From the NCBI GenBank assembly GCA_002794465.1, contig MTSL01000174.1, positions 44,484 through 76,483 of the forward strand: DNA of 32,000 nucleotides. Direction: 5' to 3'. This stretch comes from Paramicrosporidium saccamoebae KSL3 (lineage: Eukaryota; Fungi; Cryptomycota). How positions within the stretch are numbered: the stretch's first letter is position 1; each line of letters starts with the position of its first letter. This document shows, piece by piece, positions 8,801-20,007 of this stretch. Under the pieces are notes generated by a model. The model made no database searches, was not told the DNA's origin, and saw nothing but the letters and a program-made list of their open reading frames with translations. The translations under genes were made by a program, and so were the position numbers.

Positions 8801-10043
8801 CAACTTTTCTTTTGTGAACCTGATGGACCGAATTGTATCCGAAATGGGCGGAGTGTTGGCCATGCTTACAGAAAAAGAGGCACACAACTTTGCTCGCTTC
8901 TTTGCCGTATTGTTAGGCGAAGTGACGTGCTGGCATTCCGACGAAAAGCTATTCCAAGCCGTCCGCTTGTTAGGAACCATTGAGTGGAATATGAAGATGG
9001 GAGTGAAGAAGGGTAAGACGGTAGATACGACGAAGAGCGCGAGGATGGATGCGACGACGAGTGTGACGGCGAGTGTGAATGAAAATGGGATGGACATTGA
9101 TGAAACTGTTGGAGATGAAGACAGAGTTGAGATTGACAATGTTGTTGGAGATGATATTGGGACTGTTGGAGACACAGGAGCTGCCGAGGCTGTTGAAATT
9201 GCCGAGACTATTGAACTCGACAAAACTACTGAAACCATCGAAACTACTGAACCCACCAAAACTACCGAAACCACTAACACGGCTAATATTACGGAAATGG
9301 CCTTGGAATCTATGGAAAATTCATCAGTAGTCAGTTCTTGTGTGGCCACACCAACCAAAGAATTTCATAATTTGCAAATTACAGCCACCCCTCTTTCGTA
9401 TGAAGATTATCGACACTTAATGTTTCAATGGCATAGCAAATTACAAAAGTCCTTTACTGCCGCATTGCAATCTCGCGAATATCTCTCAGTTCGGAATGCG
9501 GTGATTGTTCTTACGGGAATCGCATCATTCTTCCCTCTTGTGCGCACGCTCTCCAAGGCTCTGTTGAAGTGCATCACAAAGCTACGTGACGAGGAACATC
9601 GCGAGGATTTGAAAATCTTGGCTACGAGATACACGGCAATGTTGACATTGGCCGAGCCGTCCTGGAAGGCAGAGGAGACTTTCCATCAAACCAATCGGAC
9701 CGAAACGGGCGAGATCTACGATCCCGAGCCTAAGGAGGGACGAAAACGGAAGAGAGATGTTTCTGGGGAGGAACCATCGGCAAAGAGATCAATGATGGCC
9801 TCGCCCAAAGAGGAAGTACGACAGGAACGAAGAACCAGTGAGCGCGATTCAGTGCGCTCCAACGAGCCAAGGCCCCTGAGAAATGAACATCAATCCGATC
9901 TGCGCCAATCAGACAGACGTCGAGGAGATCGTGAACGGGACAGAGATCGAGAAATCAGAGATCGGGATCGTGAAAGGGAACGAGATAGAGAACGCCAACG
10001 GGACCGTGAACGTGAGCGTGAAGATCGTCGTCGAAGATGGTAG
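5880..10043 (+). CDS. THO2: THO complex subunit 2, 3 exons, about 1367 aa
   Basis: Exons 5880-6062, 6093-6462 and 6493-10043, with two 30-nt introns. Splicing restores LIG|YFDLDPNKVLDIIL. Other THO2 motifs are LYKQQKFNLLREESEGFAKL, VMRRLTRENVRQYGRLIAKLAHSNP, YDNLIQPVVDSMKYLT and SREYLSVRNAVIVL. The C-terminal tail is RD/RE-rich. Confidence 0.95.
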
Positions 10044-10071
10044 TCCATTCGATAGCCCAATAAATTTACAT

Positions 10072-10170
10072 TTCCAACTCGATTGTTAATCCCAACTCGA
10101 CTATCAATTCCAGCTCGATTGCCAATTACAACTCTTCACAGTAACTCTCCACAATAACTCTCTACAATGC
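10072..10170. repeat. Compound minisatellite (18-bp x4 grading into 13-bp x3) between convergent THO2 and ESS2
   Basis: TTCCAACTCGATTGTTAA-type units at 10072, 10090, 10108 and 10126; AACTCTYYACART units at 10130, 10143 and 10156. Confidence 0.8.
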
Positions 10171-10176
10171 AATAAT

Positions 10177-10977
10177 CTATTTCTTTCGCTTGGGGGTTTT
10201 AGGAACATCAAAAACGGACCCTATTTTGGGAGTATGCGCCTTCAGTAATCGCTGCACGGCTGGTGTTCGTAATAGCTCTTCTTTTCGTGCTCGACTTTGT
10301 CGAGCCATCCCACTTGCCAAAGCATCCCGAGAAGGCGTGTCAGGTACGCGATATCTGCGTTCTGGTTGATGATCCGGCGTCTCTACAAACGAATAGCCGC
10401 GCAACCTTCCACTGCCCACATCGCTAACAGAACCGGCTGATTTTTCGCCATATTCTTTCCGCATCCGCCAATAATGATGGCGTACATCGTTCGTGTCTCG
10501 CTCCAATAGACTTAGGTCGACCTGTTTCTCCAGTCGCGTATTTTCTCGACACACTCGGCCCTTTCCCGTTGGTATATCGGCCGATGACTCTAATAGCAGT
10601 GGCGCCTCTCTTTTAAAGACTTTGGCAAAACGTCCCCGTCGGGTCGCATTCACTCGTTCCAGCAGCTCCTCAAAGCCCGCCGTGTCCTCGGTTACATAGC
10701 GCATCTGAAAGTCGTCCACTGACATTTCGGGTGCCTGTACGGTCGATGGATTATTGAGACGGGCAGCAGCGGCACGTAGGGCGGTGAGGTCGGACCGCTC
10801 CATGGCAGTCAAATATTCGTATTGCGCCTCAAGCTTTGCCAAGTTTGGGAAAAAGTCGCGTTTCAGGATGGCGCTGAGTTGTGCCAAATATTCATCTTCA
10901 CTCAGCACCTTTCGCTTCCTCAGTGTCCGTACCGGTGCTGTTCGACTGGCCCGTTTGTCTGCTCCTTCTAATTCCAT
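10177..10977 (-). CDS. ESS2: Splicing factor ESS2/DGCR14 (Es2 family), about 266 aa
   Basis: The hallmark VLSEDEYLAQLSAILKRDFFPNLAKLEAQYEYLTAME and MSVDDFQMRYVTEDTAGFEELLE are present, plus YSFVETP and YRVPDTPSRDALA. Start at ATG 10977 (the track start at 11031 is TTG). Confidence 0.85.
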   Translation of the reverse strand: MELEGADKRASRTAPVRTLRKRKVLSEDEYLAQLSAILKRDFFPNLAKLEAQYEYLTAMERSDLTALRAAAARLNNPSTVQAPEMSVDDFQMRYVTEDTAGFEELLERVNATRRGRFAKVFKREAPLLLESSADIPTGKGRVCRENTRLEKQVDLSLLERDTNDVRHHYWRMRKEYGEKSAGSVSDVGSGRLRGYSFVETPDHQPERRYRVPDTPSRDALASGMARQSRARKEELLRTPAVQRLLKAHTPKIGSVFDVPKTPKRKK

Positions 10978-11068
10978 GGACCAATCATCGTGTTCCGTCC
11001 AGAAAGGGAAAAACCCACGGTGGGTAAACAATGGGCTATATCTGCGGGTTAGTCCTTATGTTTGTGGG

Positions 11069-12052
11069 ATGATTAACGACGAGGGTTTGCGTCTCGAGGC
11101 ACTGGCAGTGGAATCGGTGGACGCATTGGACCAATTCTACAATCTTCGACGGACCATTGGCCGTGGCGAATTTGCAAAGGTCAAACTGGCTCAATGCCGT
11201 CAATCAGGCCACATGGTATTGGCGGCAGCTTTGCTGAATCTAGGTGGCAATCAAGATTGTTAAAATGGATAACCTGGCCCGGAGGGAAGAACGTCTATAT
11301 CGAGAAATGTCCATACTCTCTGTACCCTATCTTTTCGTGACAATTAATGTGCAGAGAGTGACGCATCCAAATATTGTCCGACTGATTAGAGTGCTCCGGG
11401 TGGAAGATCGCATTGCAATGGTGATGGACTACATCAAGGGTGGAGAGTTGTTTGACTACGTGCAAGCCAGAGTTCATCTTCCCGAGGATGAGGTGCGTGC
11501 CATCATGATGCAGACGCTCCATGCCGTTGCGTATCTGCACCAACAGGGCGTAGTGCATCGTGATCTCAAATTGGAAAATATTCTACGGGACGGCGATGGC
11601 CGCATCTTTCTCTCAGATTTTGGCTTTGCTACTGAGCTTTCTGGAAATCTTTTAGAAACTGCCTGTGGCTCGCCTTGCTATGCTGCCCCCGAGTTGGTAT
11701 TGGACAAGCAGGTGCAGCTTTGGTGCTGATTAATGTTTAGGGATATTCCGGAATGTCGGCAGATCTCTGGAGTTGCGGCGTGATCATGTTTGCCATGGCC
11801 TACGGCTATCTGCCCTTTGAGGGCGATGTCCACCTCGATCGGCATTCCGATCCCGTGACTTGGACCCCCGCCAACGTCTATCATCTTTACCAACACATTG
11901 CTGCCCATCCTGTCAAACTACCGAGGGGACTCTCTGATGACGGCGAGGATCTCCTTCGGAGGCTACTCACGGCCGATCCCCATCTCCGGATCACATTGGA
12001 GGAGATCTGGAGCCATCCGTGGGTGGAGTCGTCTAATAAACACTCGAGTTGA
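11069..12052 (+). CDS. KIN4: CAMKL-family Ser/Thr kinase, Kin4/Ppk1-like, 4 exons, about 297 aa
   Basis: Exons 11069-11215, 11244-11321, 11355-11711 and 11741-12052 (introns 28, 33 and 29 nt). Motifs are IGRGEFAKVKLA, VAIK, HRDLKLENIL, DFG, TACGSPCYAAPELV and DLWSCGVI. The Kin4-type insert after YLPF (ending NVYHLYQHI) is present. Confidence 0.8.
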
Positions 12053-12385
12053 TCCATATGATGGTGGGCCCAGGGATTATTACTCCTTTGTGACCCGTGG
12101 TGTCTTCAGGCCTGGTCAAACCCTGAGCTTTCGTGCACTGCAGCTCCATACCACGTTGCGTTTTTTCTGCAGAGAAAAGCTACGAAATTGCAGCAGAGTT
12201 TAGTGTACATTTCGGTCTGCTCATTTTCTCACAACTCTCAGTCTCGCCTTTGCAATTGGAGTTTGAAAGTTTGACGCTCTCGTCTAAAGACAAAGAACCG
12301 AATCGCGCAATCCCATTGGTCAATTTGCGCGCCAACTAATCCTAATCCGTAAGAATACGGCTCTCATCCATGCTTATTGCCTAGC

Positions 12386-14040
12386 ATGTTTCTTGAGCGC
12401 AAGCCCAAGTTCCGTAGTCGGAAGTTGGACTTTAACAGAGTACTGCCCGTGTATCGACATGACGAGGTGGACGATTTTGACGAGTTTGAGGAGCCCACAA
12501 GATCCGTGGCGCAAGTGGCAACTGGAGTAGACAAGGAAGAGGAGGATGTAAGGAGCAGTTGAGAATGCTGACATTATAGGAACATCACTTGAAGCAGGCC
12601 TTGACCCAGTCCAGTAGGTCGCAGGCCTATTACATTCCCACTCCGGAGGCGGCGCAGGCGTCTGAATCCTACCAGGAGATATACAAGGCTGATTTTAAGC
12701 AGCCAAAGGCCTATGCAAAGTGCGGTCCAGATGATCCATTGCAGCTGTTTCCAAAATATAATGGCGATCATATTGACGAGACATTTATCGACAATCTTCG
12801 AAAGGAGGGTGTGATTGACGCAAAATTTGATCTGACCCTGTACGAGTGGATTGTGGATTGTCTGGAAGATGCGGCGCACAAGTTTAGCGAGAACATTGCC
12901 AGTAATGAGTCACTTGAGAGGCTTCGGGATCGACACTCTGCTGCTTTGCCAGAAGAGGCCACAGTAAACAAAATGATTGAACACTGGAAAGAGCGGCGGA
13001 TTCAACAACGGAGGATCATTCCAACCCTGCGACATGAAGACCTGGGCAAGATTGGTGCCGACCCTTATGTCTGTTTCCGAAGGAGGGAGCTGAAGATTCC
13101 TCGAAAGACCAGACGAAGCGACGCTCAGATCACTGATCGACTGAAAAAACTGCACTTGGATCTGTCGTCCATGAAGCTGATGCTACATGCTGCAGCGAAG
13201 CGAGATCGGTACAAGAGAGAAGCATTGGTTTTGGAGGGCGAATTGTTTGAAAAATACCGACTTGTGGATAATTGGAGGAAACATCACAAAAGTGACTGGC
13301 CACCCCATCTGGCTACCTTTAAAATTGCTGCACAGAGTCTTTTGGAGCCCAAGAAGAAAAAGAGTCGCATTGAAGGCGATACGCTAGATGGACTCATTGG
13401 TGCCTACAAGATTGCAATTCCGGTGGCGGCTCTGAAGAGTTCGCGACATGGGCGGCCATATTATCCTCACGAAGTGGGACGGATGATCCAGAAAGATATG
13501 GATATTTTGTTGGGACATCATGGAAACCAGGATGCCCTGACGGACGATTTCTGTCCCGATTTTCGAGACCTTTCTGGCCAGGACTTTTATAATTCGCCCT
13601 GGCTCCATGGACAGCCGGTTTCGTTTCGAAGGGGACGGGGTGGTCGTGTAATTGTGGATCGGCCAAGGATTAGCATCCCACCAACCCGCCCTCTCCAGGA
13701 TCTCTCGGATCCGGCCATCATCAAGTTCCACTCCACCCTCCTCACAGCCAAAGATTTTACCCAACTACAGACCCCCGTCGGCAATTACAACGTTCATGCC
13801 GTTCAGACTGCCAACCAAATCCTGCGTCCCATGTCATATCAGGCGTGGGTGGCGTCTACGGCGCCCATCCTGGTGGCTCTCTCTGGGAAGCCGCGCAGTC
13901 CAAAAAAGAAAAGAGAGGATGGCGGGGCACAGATTACGGTCAAGGTGAAGAGTCAGCCAAAGGAGGCCGCGCGGAGGGGCACGGGGGCGAGATTTACGCC
14001 GCACGGACTGGCGCCAGAGTCTAACGATGATGGTAAATAG
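12386..14040 (+). CDS. EPL1: Enhancer of polycomb-like protein (NuA4 subunit), 2 exons, about 540 aa
   Basis: Exon 12386-12547, a 32-nt intron (GTAAGG...CTGACATTATAG), and exon 12580-14040. The product has FRSRKLDFNRVLPVY, ATGVDKEEED|EHHLKQAL, YIPTP, HWKERR and DPYVCFRRRE. Confidence 0.92.
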
Positions 14041-14101
14041 AATTCCGCATGAATGTATTTTATATTTATTTTGTGTGGGTGCCCAGGGTCGGGATTTCGC
14101 C

Positions 14102-17100
14102 ATGGACCAGTTAGAGAGGGCGTGGCAGGAGGTGGAGGAGTCTGCCCGGAACGGCACCTTTGATCCGCGTTCCCTCAACAAGGCGATGCGCTCCTATCTG
14201 GAACGACCCTCTGTTCTTGATGCATCGCGTATCATTGACTGGTGCCACCGTCTCTTCACAAGCACTCTGCCTCTGGACGATATCCTACTCGTTGTATGGC
14301 AGATTCTCTATACAGTTGCACCCCAAACGTCCTTTGAATCGACAGGTACGTGGATGACTTTAGGTAGGGAACGGGCGAGACTGATATTGGGATTGGCCAC
14401 ACCAGAGAATGTCTCGGGCATATTGGCGTTCCTTGTTGCGACTGTCGAGGAGGGTGGACTGAACACAGTGTTGGCGGCAACTATCATGGAGGTTGCTGAG
14501 CGGGTGGCCCGACAGTTTGGATTTAGGGAAACGATGCTGAGACTGGTGGAGGGGGTGGGGAGTAGCAAGGATGAGCTGGTCCTGCACAAGATACGGTCCT
14601 TGGTTGTGACACTGTATCGATCCAATCCACCACTAGAAAATAGGACAGCCTTGGACCGAATCTTGCAAGGAATTGACAGAGATGTCAAAATGAAATATCT
14701 CTTGCTCAAAGATCTTCTCGAATTTGACATTAATGTCCCCGGATTCACTGATCCGTGTCTACAGGATTTGCTTGTGTGTCTCGACGACAAGACTCTTGCT
14801 CCCTCCGTCTCTGAGTGCATCGTCTTGTTGGTAAAACTCAAAGGATACAGTCTCGTGGATCTTGTGGACGAAACGGGCCAACTGGGGGTCTATTTATTTC
14901 CTAAATTGGTACGCAAGCTCCCCAATGAGGCGATTGCGTTGCTGCAAACACTGGAAAGGGCGGCGTTGGAGGAGAGCACTGAACCGCGAATCTTGCAATA
15001 TTGCTCGCTGTACAATTCCATTTTGGGAGGTGAAATGCAACATCAGCCCCTGAATATGGTTCTGGCAAAGCGTGGATTGGTTGCCCATGATGAGATTCTC
15101 TGCAATCGAGCCTTTTCATGTCTCTGTCGTTCTTTCCACACCGACATGCCCTTTTCCGAAGGCGACACTGTGTATAGATTCCTTGTGGATGCTCAGATTG
15201 GGGTCACGGCTGATAACAGACAGCAGACGATTGCATCGTTGAAACAACTGGTGGAAATGCACTTTGCGCGACTCTACAAACTAGAGCGGGCCATCATGCG
15301 TGGTGAAATCCAAGAGACGGAATCTGAGGCGGCGGGAACTAAGGTATTGGATACAGAAATCAAGGCTATTATACAATTTTGGCGACGTATTGTAACACTT
15401 TCGGTAGAGTCTCTCACCGTTTCGGGGTATTACAACAAGAATGATCTCTGCATCAGAACACTTCTTTGCATAACTGAAGTTTGGAGGGAGAAATTGGCAA
15501 AGGTTACGGTAGAGTCACTTGGGCGTCGATTAGGTAATGTACATGAAACAATCATCGAGCCCCTACTACGGGATGATTTTATCAAGAGGATGTGTGAATG
15601 TGTGATGAACAATTCATTTGATACCGTAAGGGAGGGGGCTGCCAAGTTATTAAGATTGCTCAATGTCAAGTTTGATGCAGAATATATTACGGCGGAGCTC
15701 TTGCCAGCTTTGGCTGTACAGAGGGCGCATCTTATTGATGGAGCATCTCGTCTACTTGGTGTGTATTGTGATAAAATGAACAATCATAAGGAAGTGGCTG
15801 CTCTGTTGACAACGGCACTACAGGATGAAATTGCCAAATTGTCAACATCAGACGCCCTTGCCAATAGTCAAGCACTCGGCCTCATGGCTGGTCTGAGGTA
15901 AGGAATAAGGATTCGGGGTTTAACCTGTGTTTAGGGAACTGATGGCAAAGCCTGTCGATGCGGAAAATGTCTTGAAAATTGTCGATTGTTGTCGCCAGTT
16001 AGGTGTTCTTGTCACTGATTTTGTTTCACATCCATCGCCTGAGGGACATTTAGTGAATGTTGACGACGACGAAGAGGATGATGACATGAGCTTTTCCATT
16101 ATGACTTTTTGTTGGCGAGCTGTCAAGGAGAGCAGTGCATTGCTTGCCTGTTGTCTCTGGAGGATTGAACGAATGGACGTTGCTTTGTTGGAACAGACGG
16201 CGCGATATTTGGTGGAAATGCTATTAAAGATTCGTCATCCGGGTGCATTCATGTCGCTTGCCAAACCGCTCCGTGATGTTTGCCAGATTTGCTTCTCCCT
16301 TGGCAATGATGCGTCAAGAATTCCACAAAAACTGTTAAACGAGGCAATGGAGCAATGTGTCCTCCATCCAGAGGTGCAGACTACAAGACGCAGTGCAGGA
16401 CTGCCCGTCTGCATTGCCGCCATTGTGACGGCATCAAAGGACGCCCATCGACGCTGTAAGCTGCTGGGTGAGGCATTTGAGACGCTATTGTCGGTGATTC
16501 CAACTTTGGTATTCCAGCAAATTGCCCCTGATCCGCATGTGGTGCACACACTCAACATTCTCCGACAGCTATTTCGAGATTCTACGCTTGCTGAAGATGT
16601 CATCGCCCTCCTTCCCACTGGTTTCCGCCTCTGTTTCCTGGCATTTGGATCGCCAAGTTGGTCAGTTCGCAACAGCGGGATGATGCTTTTCACTGCACTA
16701 ATGAATCGCACTTTTGGAGTGAGACACGACACAGAAGAATATGCCAAGGGGAATTTGGTAGATGTGCGCAATCTGCATGCCCAATGCCCTTCCATCCTAG
16801 GTCTAATCATGGAAGAATGTAGTAAGAGCGTCCAGATGCTTGGAAACGAAGCGTGCTCCAGATATCAGATCGAGTTTGCCCTCTATCCTTTGCTGTCATT
16901 TATTCAGAGAATCCGATTCTCCATCGGTGGGGAGGCCCGACACACTGGCTTTTACACTGCTGCCATTGCATTTTGTTTGGGGTGTCTTGGGAGTGATATT
17001 ATGAAGGTGCGAAAAATGACGGCTCGATTGGTGGCGAATATGTGTGAGAGTGTGCTGATCAAGACGTTGACTTTGGATTGGATTGAGAATACATTGGAGA

Positions 17101-17771
17101 CTGGATGCAATCAATTGCACGGCTACTTATTGCTACTGAGAATACTGTATGATCAAAAAATTATCCAATCGGATATTTACGAACGACTAAATCGCATTCC
17201 TGATGGATTGGTTTGCTATCCACTGCAACAAATGCTCTGCCCTGATGTGTCAATTAAGGCAGAGGATGATGTGCCCATTGCCACGATTATCGAAAATGTG
17301 ACTGCACGTAGGTTACATCCAGAAGAAATTGTCATCCAAGTGCCTCGACTTGTTGAACATGCCATTTCTAATGAGCCATCGTTGTTTGCATTGTTGGAGA
17401 ACTTTTGGCTTGATTACGATCTCTCTGGGGAGTATCGATTGGCCATTGTCAAAGCTCTTCGTCCCTGCACGCATCCGTCTGTCCTGCGGCTACGCTACCT
17501 TGCCCTCACAGACGATTCCTACGAGATTCGGCAAATTGCATCGGGACCCCGTCTTGGTGCGTCGGCATCAGTTGCTCAATGTCTCCGGACGATTATCACC
17601 AAAGTGGGTGATTTAATGGATTACTTGCCGATCAGTGAAGAGGTGGATAGTGGAAGGAGAAAGTTGTTTGAACCGGAACCCTTGAATAGTTTCAAAGATC
17701 CCATTTGGGAGAGAGAACGCCTAAGCGAACAGCAACCGTGTGTAAACCAGCAATCAACCATAATACACTAG
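14102..17771 (+). CDS. TRM732: THADA/Trm732 (DUF2428) tRNA 2'-O-methylation cofactor, 2 exons, about 1210 aa
   Basis: A 37-nt intron at 15898-15934 (GTAAGG...TTAAC...TTTAG) joins two long ORFs in phase. DUF2428 motifs include CWRAVKESSALL, IRHPGAF, TTRRSAGLP, VHTLNILRQLFRDS, WSVRNSGMMLFTALMNRTFG and LYPLLSFIQR. Confidence 0.9.
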
Positions 17772-18183
17772 AGTACTTGATAGTTATGTGACGTAGAGGC
17801 AGAGGATTGATTAGTTGGGTATTTGTGTGGTAGAGTGGATCGCTTTGCTGGGTATTTGAGGATTATTACGTGATTTGTGAGACCATAAAAGGGCTATTGG
17901 ATTAAAAATGAACGGGTTCTCTTCCCGCTTGATAAAGTCCGTGGTATTATCCCAACTTTGCGACAGTTAAACGACTATGTCATCAGTATTCAAGCCAGTG
18001 GTTTATAACAGACTCTTTCAATTTGATTCATCATGTCCTGTGGTGATACAATAGCCTACGTATATAGGGCGAGTTGGCCCACCAGGTCTCACACTATACG
18101 CCCTTTGCAGTAGACCCTATCCCTGGTGCATAAATATACACTTTTACAACTTACAACTTGCTCACAACTTGGAATGTAGGATA

Positions 18184-18567
18184 ATGTCTCTTTCGAATAA
18201 CGTGAATAGGGTAAAGAAGACACCCTCCAAGCCCGTCCGCAAGGAAGCAACACCTAAAAAGCCAAAGACGAGCAGCAATGACGATAGTGCTGGCGATAAT
18301 ACTGAATGCTTGCCATTCAAGAAATCCAGCTATGTGACCCCCACCCGTCGCACCAAGCCGCAAAAGGTCACTGCGCACACTGTTCCTCCATCCGTACTAC
18401 CGCGTCGCCGATATTGCGACGTGACGGGGTTGCCGGCGCAGTATGTGGAGCCTCGGACGGGAATGCGGTACTACGGCGCCGAAGTGTATCCAGTGGTACG
18501 AAGTCTGACGCCAGAGGCGGCACAGAGACTGCTAAAGATTAGAAATGCGCACACTATTGTCAAATAA
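18184..18567 (+). CDS. IES6: INO80 complex subunit Ies6 (YL1_C domain)
   Basis: PPSVLPRRRYCDVTGLPAQYVEPRTGMRY...EVY..VRSL...LLKIRNAHTIVK matches the Ies6/INO80C C-terminus. Confidence 0.85.
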   Translation: MSLSNNVNRVKKTPSKPVRKEATPKKPKTSSNDDSAGDNTECLPFKKSSYVTPTRRTKPQKVTAHTVPPSVLPRRRYCDVTGLPAQYVEPRTGMRYYGAEVYPVVRSLTPEAAQRLLKIRNAHTIVK

Positions 18568-18623
18568 AGATGTTTATTTATGCGCTGATCACGGAAACCT
18601 GCTGGGGTACAGAGTGCCTGGTG

Positions 18624-19086
18624 ATGGTATGTTGCAGTCTTTGTCTAACTCATCTGCTAGTCGTACTTTCTTACACATTTGACAAACGGATGGCAGGTGG
18701 ACCAGGCCATCCTGGGGGAGGAGGAGCGCATCGTACTGGTACGGTTTGGCCACGACTGGGACAAGGAATGTATGAAAATGGATGAAATCCTGTACAGTGT
18801 GGCCGAAAAGGTCAAGCAATGGTGTGTTGTCTATGTGGTGGACCTCAAGGAAACGCCCGACTTTACGGCCATGTACGAACTATATGACGCATGTACGGTC
18901 ATGTTCTTCTGGCGAAACCGTCATATGCAGGTGGATCTGGGGACGGGTAACAACAACAAAATCAACTGGGCGCTGGACAGCAAACAGGAGCTACTAGACA
19001 TTCTGGAGGTGGTGTACAAGGGCGCACGGAAGGGAAAGGGACTGGTTGTCAGTCCTCGAGACTACTCCACCCGCGTCAAGTATTAA
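18624..19086 (+). CDS. DIB1: U5 snRNP thioredoxin-like protein Dib1/TXNL4A, 142 aa
   Basis: ATG at 18624-18626 is followed immediately by a 34-nt intron (GTATGT...CTAAC...TAG), then exon 18661-19086. The product M|SYFLTHLTNGWQVDQAI...RFGHDWD...DLGTGNNNKINW...GLVVSPRDYSTRVKY has the canonical length. Confidence 0.97.
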
Positions 19087-19104
19087 ATGTAATAAAGCGT
19101 TTCC

Positions 19105-20007
19105 ATGGCGGGAACATTGGTGTGTCCGTTGTATTGCGAACAAGATGGCTCTCGGCACAGCTATCCATGCGAGGGCGACCTTCTTGTCAAGGGAGGGATT
19201 GTCTCCACGTTGGAAGGAGATGAGCTGCTGACGCAGGACGAATTGGGTTCACTGGCCATGGAATTGGATGAAAATGAATACCACACCCTGCACATTTACG
19301 GAGATGGCGTGTCGGATGAATTGAGGAGGATGTTGCAAACTGTTTTTCCGATTGTGCGGGTCAACGAGGAGCCAACACAATTGTGTGTTGTCGATAAGGT
19401 TGAAATTGTCGTCGACGCCATCACTGAAGACCATCCCTCCCTGCGACCATTACTGTTCCATCTCCGCAATGAACTTGTGCAGACGGAATATCTTGGAGAG
19501 ACGACAACAGTGGATGATTGTTTCCTGTCGCCGGTTCGACTTGCATCCATTGGGACGGGACTGTTTCGACTGGGCTTTAAATGCCAGCCAGACCGTCTGT
19601 ATCTTATGGGAGACGGACGACTAATTGAACCGGCCTTTACCGCATTGTTTGCAAGGCATCACATGCCCGCTCCACTGCCGTCCCAGCCGCTGCAGCCTCC
19701 CTCCCAGGCCTCGCTCTTTGATGAGTCGTGTTCCCTGCAATCCTGGACACCCAATCTGCCGGATGTTCCAGACACTCCAAACACGACAGATGCAAAGACA
19801 GCCAACAAAACCCGTCTCAAAAAATTAATGCTTTTGTCATTGCGCCATGTTGGGGTGGACAAGAATCATTGTGAATTCCCCTCCATCTGGAAGCATCTTT
19901 ATTGTGGATGTCTTTTTGCATTGCGAAAGGAGCTGGGAGAGACGGTAGCACAGAGTGAAATGTTGGCAGTGATTCGTACAAACATGAATTTCCTCAATAT
20001 AAACTGA
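19105..20007 (+). CDS. 300-aa protein with a C-terminal Sld7_C/MTBP-like helical domain (tentative replication-initiation factor)
   Basis: Single open ORF between DIB1 and CTK1. The C-terminal NKTRLKKLMLLSLRHVGVDKNHCEFPSIWKHLYCGCLFALRKEL resembles the recalled Sld7 C-terminal pattern (NK..L..LILAGLR.YG....EF..IY...Y....FALRK). The N-terminus is not recognised. Confidence 0.6.
   Translation: MAGTLVCPLYCEQDGSRHSYPCEGDLLVKGGIVSTLEGDELLTQDELGSLAMELDENEYHTLHIYGDGVSDELRRMLQTVFPIVRVNEEPTQLCVVDKVEIVVDAITEDHPSLRPLLFHLRNELVQTEYLGETTTVDDCFLSPVRLASIGTGLFRLGFKCQPDRLYLMGDGRLIEPAFTALFARHHMPAPLPSQPLQPPSQASLFDESCSLQSWTPNLPDVPDTPNTTDAKTANKTRLKKLMLLSLRHVGVDKNHCEFPSIWKHLYCGCLFALRKELGETVAQSEMLAVIRTNMNFLNIN

Noticed and set aside
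8585-9358. 257-aa minus-strand ORF with hydrophobic Val/Ser stretches
   Set aside because: It is antisense to THO2 and arises from its T/E-rich repeat.
12125-12150. AGCTTTCGTGCACTGCAG, loosely like the 5' end of U4 snRNA
   Set aside because: No K-turn (TGAG...CCGAG), U6-pairing region or Sm site follows.
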